Made by a program: the position numbers and the translations under genes
In this document: in pieces, positions 58,657-64,000 of the stretch
How the letters are laid out: the number at the start of each line of letters is the position of its first letter
Numbering within the stretch: position 1 is the stretch's first letter
NCBI GenBank assembly: GCA_964016885.1
Contig: OZ024741.1
Coordinates: forward strand, 369,520,001 to 369,584,000
From: Eledone cirrhosa
Taxonomy: Eukaryota
Direction of reading: 5' to 3'
Length of the DNA: 64,000 bases
Notes under the pieces: model-generated
Database searches by the model: none
The model's input: only the letters and a program-made list of their open reading frames with translations
What the model was told of the DNA's origin: nothing

Positions 58657-58733
<77 letters not shown>

Positions 58734-58806
58734 TTGTATAAATATATATGTATATATATATATGTATATGTGTATATATATATATATATGTGTGTGTGTG
58801 TATGTA

Positions 58807-58852
<46 letters not shown>

Positions 58853-59160
58853 TGAGATACCCGGTAGTCTTGTCCAATCGATACGTACAACCATAATTAA
58901 TGTTTTTTTTTTTATAAGAAAAATAAACTGATTCAGTCTTATATCTTCTGGTAGTCGCTAGACCCATTTAGGGCGCCTGTATCTCTACCTGCTCACTGCG
59001 CTTTCATTTCAAATCCCATCGTTGTCGATAAATAAAGCATCACTTGAATACTGGCATCCATTCTTCCTCTATCTATCTCTTCCTCTCTATCTATGCATCT
59101 ACCCCTCCTATCTCTCTCTCTCTCTCCCTAACTCTCTCTCTCTCTTTCTCTCTCACTCTC

Positions 59161-59245
<85 letters not shown>

Positions 59246-59309
59246 CGCTCTATACATATATGTTATTATTAACGCCTCGAAGATCCCCCTCATATTTAAC
59301 AATGAGTCC

Positions 59310-60229
59310 ACTTGGGTTAAAATGAGAAACCCAGAGGGGTCTCTTCGATGATTCGATGGGGTCGTATGACAGTGCAGACGTCTGCAACATTATTGGATTT
59401 TTTTTTATACTTCATACATTGAAGGAAAACCTCCCCCAACCACATATATTGTCTCTACCACGACGATGGTTTGCCAGTTTCGCATAATAGCAACAACCAA
59501 TCCTTAGATAAATTCTGCAAGAATCTAATAAAGATATTTAGTAACTTAGGACAGAAGATAATTGTAGACACTTATCTTACCAACGCCAATTTCCTTAAAT
59601 TTAACTACAGGTACCTATAAACCTTATCATAAGCTCAAAGAGAAACTAAGATATATCAATAAAACGTTTTGCCATTCATCTGTAGTCTTTAAAAACCTAG
59701 TACTAAACACTAGCCGGAGGATCTCTAACTTATCTTCCACAAAGGAGACATTCTATAAAGCAGCTCCCTACTACAACAAAACACTCACAGATAGTGGCTT
59801 CAATGATAAAATCAAATATATACCAAACACCACTAACGTAGGTAATGCATTCTTAGACCTAATAATATCCTAGATTAATCCAGACCTTATATCAAAGGAA
59901 CTAAGAAGGATTCACTTTGCTTAAGCGAGAAATTCGGGACATTACAGGAATTGAAATTCCCCTCTAAATACCTAAACACTAAGAACGAGTTTTTAAAAGT
60001 TGCTCACACTAAAAATCCCACCTATTTATATGGAAGTACACAGGTTCAGGCATTCAACCCCAAAAGTCAGGCAATTTGCACCTACCTTAATCAACTAAGT
60101 CTGCCTCCCCCTTCCCCGCCCACAAATATCACCCAGCATCTTAATAAAGGACATGTTTTCAACAGAAGCCATAAATATCGTACACATAAAGCACACATAC
60201 ACAAACACACAACACATGCACTAACTTTT

Positions 60230-60262
<33 letters not shown>

Positions 60263-60500
60263 TACATACAATTATAAATTTATAAACAGTGAGTTACTCT
60301 CCTTGAATAACTAAACGATACCTATCTTAATTACCCTCCCTTGACTTATTGAGATCTTATATGAAGTATCACTAGTCCTTCTAGCCTGAAGATAAGCAAA
60401 TCTCCGTTTGGATAAAAAGATAACATTATGGTCAATACAGGGGCCAGCATTGAAACCTTATGTAGCAGACAACTGTGTTGAGTAACATTAGTGACAATAA
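59310..60500 (+). pseudogene. Heavily decayed PLE RT fragment (same clade as 9.7-11.5 kb) with a possible damaged HHR at ~60384-60468
   Basis: FDDSMGSYDSADVCNIIG, LYHDDG and YKPYHK..LRYIN motifs with stops and frameshifts. Confidence 0.75.
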
Positions 60501-60693
60501 TAACTGTTTCTACTTTTGGCACAAGGCCAGCAATTATCCCAGTGTGTATTACTGGTACTTTATTTTATCGACCCCGTAAGGACGAAAGGCAAAGTTAACC
60601 TCGGCGAGATTTGATCTCAGATCATAAAGGGCCGTAACTCTATGCTGCAAAGCATGGCGTCCGACTCTCTAACGATACTGCCAATCCACCGCC
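60498..60693 (-). mobile_element. SINE
   Basis: Close match to 53314-53506. Confidence 0.85.
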
Positions 60694-60964
60694 AATAATA
60701 ATAATAACAATAATTATATATATCAATATGCGCGCATGCGTGTGTGTATATATACACCTTGTTTATCATCACATGTTTTATTTTGCTGTATACCGCGAAT
60801 CCAAATACAATTTAGACACCCGCATTCATAAGTAGATATACGTACACACACGCACATATAGGCATACATAGACACATGTACGTACATGTATTCATAGACA
60901 TACACAAAAACATACATGCATAATGCATATACACATATATATATATATACATGCATACCACACA

Positions 60965-61024
<60 letters not shown>

Positions 61025-61499
61025 TGTGTGTAATGCACGTATGTATAGGTATATGCATTATGCATGTATGTTTTTGTGCGTATATATATATATATACATA
61101 GACATACACACAGTCATACACATATACATACATACGCACATACATACATACGTACATACACATATACATAGACATACATGCATACGTACATATATACACA
61201 CACATACGTTCGTACATACACACATACATACATACACATACATACGCACGCACACACATACGTACGTACATTCATACATGCATGCATACACACATGCTTA
61301 CATTGACATACATACACATACATATATATATATACATAGATATACGCAAAGGCATACACATATACAGATGCCACTCTTGTTACTGACAGGAGTTCCTTTG
61401 TGACCAATACCAGAGATCGGGTTACACAGTACGGACAATGAGCTTTACAAGTGTTGAACATCATCAACTCCTCCCTTCACCATCCCCCTCCTCCTACTC

Positions 61500-62410
61500 C
61501 TTCTCTTCAAAACCACCACCACCACTACCACCACCACTATACCATCACCAATACCACTATAATACCACCACCACCACCACCACCACCACCACTATACGAC
61601 GACGACCACCACCACTACTACCATCACCACAACACCACCACCACCAGCATCACCACCATCATCACCTACCACCACCTACCATCACCACCACCACCATCAC
61701 CAACACCACCTACCACCACCTACCACCACCTACCACCACCACCGCCACCACTACCATCACCAACACCACTTACCGCAACCACCACCGCCACCACCATCAC
61801 CCTGACCAACACCACCACCACCACCACTATACCCCCCCATTATACCACCACCACCAGCGCAACAACCGCCACCATAACAACCACCAACACCACTATACCT
61901 CCCACCACTATACCCCACACTATAACACAACGACCACAACCGACACTACAATAACAGAAACCATCACCACATACTCCACCTTCACCACCACAACAACACC
62001 ACCACCACCACTACCACCCCACCACAACAACAATAATAACACCACCACCACCACTATACTCCCCACACCACCACTATACCCCCACCACCACAACAACAAC
62101 AACAATAACACTACCACCACTATACTCCCCACACCACCACTATACCCCCACACCACCAACACTACTATACCCCCACCCACCCCATCACCTCTACCACCAC
62201 CACCACCACCACCAACAACACCATTATACCCCCAATCACCTCAAACACCACTACACCCCCACCACCATCATCCCCAAGCACTAACTATACCACTACTATA
62301 CCACCACTACCAACACCACTATACCATCACTATACCACCACCACTACCAACACCACTATACCACCACTAACACCCCCACCACTATACCACCACATCCCCA
62401 TCCCACCCAC
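61500..62410. repeat. (ACC)n low-complexity tract
   Basis: Direct reading. Confidence 0.9.
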
Positions 62411-62624
62411 CATTACCGTCCTGCCCGTATCTTTCATAATTCCGCCAATAATTCACTGGCCAACGGTCAGCCTGGGACTTCATTATCGACCATTCCCTTC
62501 ACCCCGCCCCACGCCACCGCTTCAACATGTCATCAATAAAGATGACCTCTTTGGTGGGACTTGAACTCAGAAATAGCAGAACCCGAACAAATACCGACGC
62601 TCTAACGATATTACCAATTCGACA

Positions 62625-63770
62625 CCACCACTGTCTCCACCGCCGTCACCTCCGCCACCACCACCGCCGCCACCGCCGGTTCCACCGCCGTCACCTCCGC
62701 CACCACCACCGCCGCCACCACTGTCTCCACCGCCGTCACCTCCGCCACCACCACCGCCGCCACCACTGTCTCCACCGCCGTCACCTCCGCCACCACCACC
62801 GCCGCCACCACTGTCTCCACCGCCGTCACCTCCGCCACCACCACCGCCGCCACCGCCGGCACCTCCGCAGCCACCTCCACAACCACCGGTTCCACCGCCG
62901 TCACCACCACCACCACCACCACCACCGTCTCCCAATCCACCACTACCGCTACCGTCACCACTGTCGACTCCAATTCCGCCGTGACCTCCGCCACGACCGC
63001 CACCGCCGTCACCACTGTCGTCTCCGCCGCCATCATCACCACCACTGTCGCCACCACCACCACCCCTGTCACCACCACTACCACCGTCTCCAGAACCGCC
63101 ACCACCTACCTCCGCCACCGCCACCACCGCTACCAACGACGACGTCGACGTCTCCGCCGCCGTCATCAACCTCCACCACCACCGACGATGACGTCGACGT
63201 CTCCGCCGCCGTTGTCTACTCTTGCCACCACCACCGCCACCGACGACGACGTCGACATCTCTGCCGCCACATCTACCTCCACCGCCACCGACGACGATGT
63301 GGACGTCTCCGCCACCATCATCTACCTCCACCACCACCGCTACCGACGACGAGGTCGACGTCTCCGCCGCCGTCATCTACTTCTTCTAACACCGACTACG
63401 ACGTCGACGTCTCCGCCGTCGTCATCTACCTTTTCTACCACCAACTACGACGTCGACGTCTCCGCCGCCGTCATCTACCTCCACGTCCATTGCCACCGAC
63501 GACGACATCGACGTCTCCGCCGCCGTCATCTACCTCCACGTTCACTACCACCGGCGACGACGTCGACGTCTCCGCCACCGTCATCTAACTCCACCGCCAC
63601 CGAAGAAAACGTCGACGTCTCCGCTACCGTCATCTACCGCCACCGCCACCACCACCGACGACGACGTCGACGTCTCCGCCGCCGTCATCTACCACCACCG
63701 CCACCGACGTTCGACGTCGACGTCTCCGCCACCGCCACCGCCACCGACGACGTCGTTGACGTCTCTGCCA
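62625..63770. repeat. GC-rich minisatellites: 45-nt unit (62625-62900) and ~45-50-nt unit with GACGTCGACGTC (63130-63770)
   Basis: Direct reading. Confidence 0.9.
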
Positions 63771-64000
63771 ATCCAGCGTTAAAACATTCCCCGAATAGAT
63801 TAACGACAAATGCCATCAATTTAAATAATATTGGTGTGGTGGTTTTCAAAATAATTGGGCAGCTTTAATTAAATTTTCAGTAGCCACCATGTAGTTTGCA
63901 GTTGTCTTGCTGTTTCTTCTACAACTACAACGGTACGTGATGGGGCGAGAAACACATCAAGGGTCATTAGCAGGTTTAGCTTTTTTAACAAACACGATAA

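Noticed and set aside
62527-63868. Arg/His-, Gly- and Thr-rich ORFs
   Set aside because: Products of GC-rich tandem repeats.

Overview
Gene-free, repeat-dominated eukaryotic DNA. An Octopus-like cephalopod origin is inferred from the tRNA-derived SINEs, the very long (TA)n/(TATG)n, (CA)n and (ACC)n tracts, and the retroelement set. No host protein-coding gene is supported, and nearly all ORFs in the track are translations of microsatellites. The recognisable coding content is retroelement-derived: a Neptune-type Penelope-like element (PLE) with an uninterrupted RT+GIY-YIG ORF (39.1-41.9 kb), three decayed PLEs of a second clade, three L1/Tx1-like LINEs at (GATA)n tracts, and RTE- and CRE-like fragments. 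There is also a non-autonomous Helitron, mariner- and piggyBac-type MITEs, SINEs and a 200-N gap. The most notable signal is non-coding. Between the (TA)n tracts are many small elements, including more than a dozen type-I hammerhead ribozyme (HHR) motifs read by eye, most with palindromic stem III and some with non-canonical cores. At least four unrelated families of ORF-less ~500-640-nt units occur as circularly permuted 1.0-1.6-mers and head-to-head fold-backs, and one is fused directly to the Neptune RT ORF. This resembles a set of retrozyme-like (circular-RNA) elements mobilised by PLE reverse transcriptases. All alignments and folds were done by eye, so boundaries are approximate.
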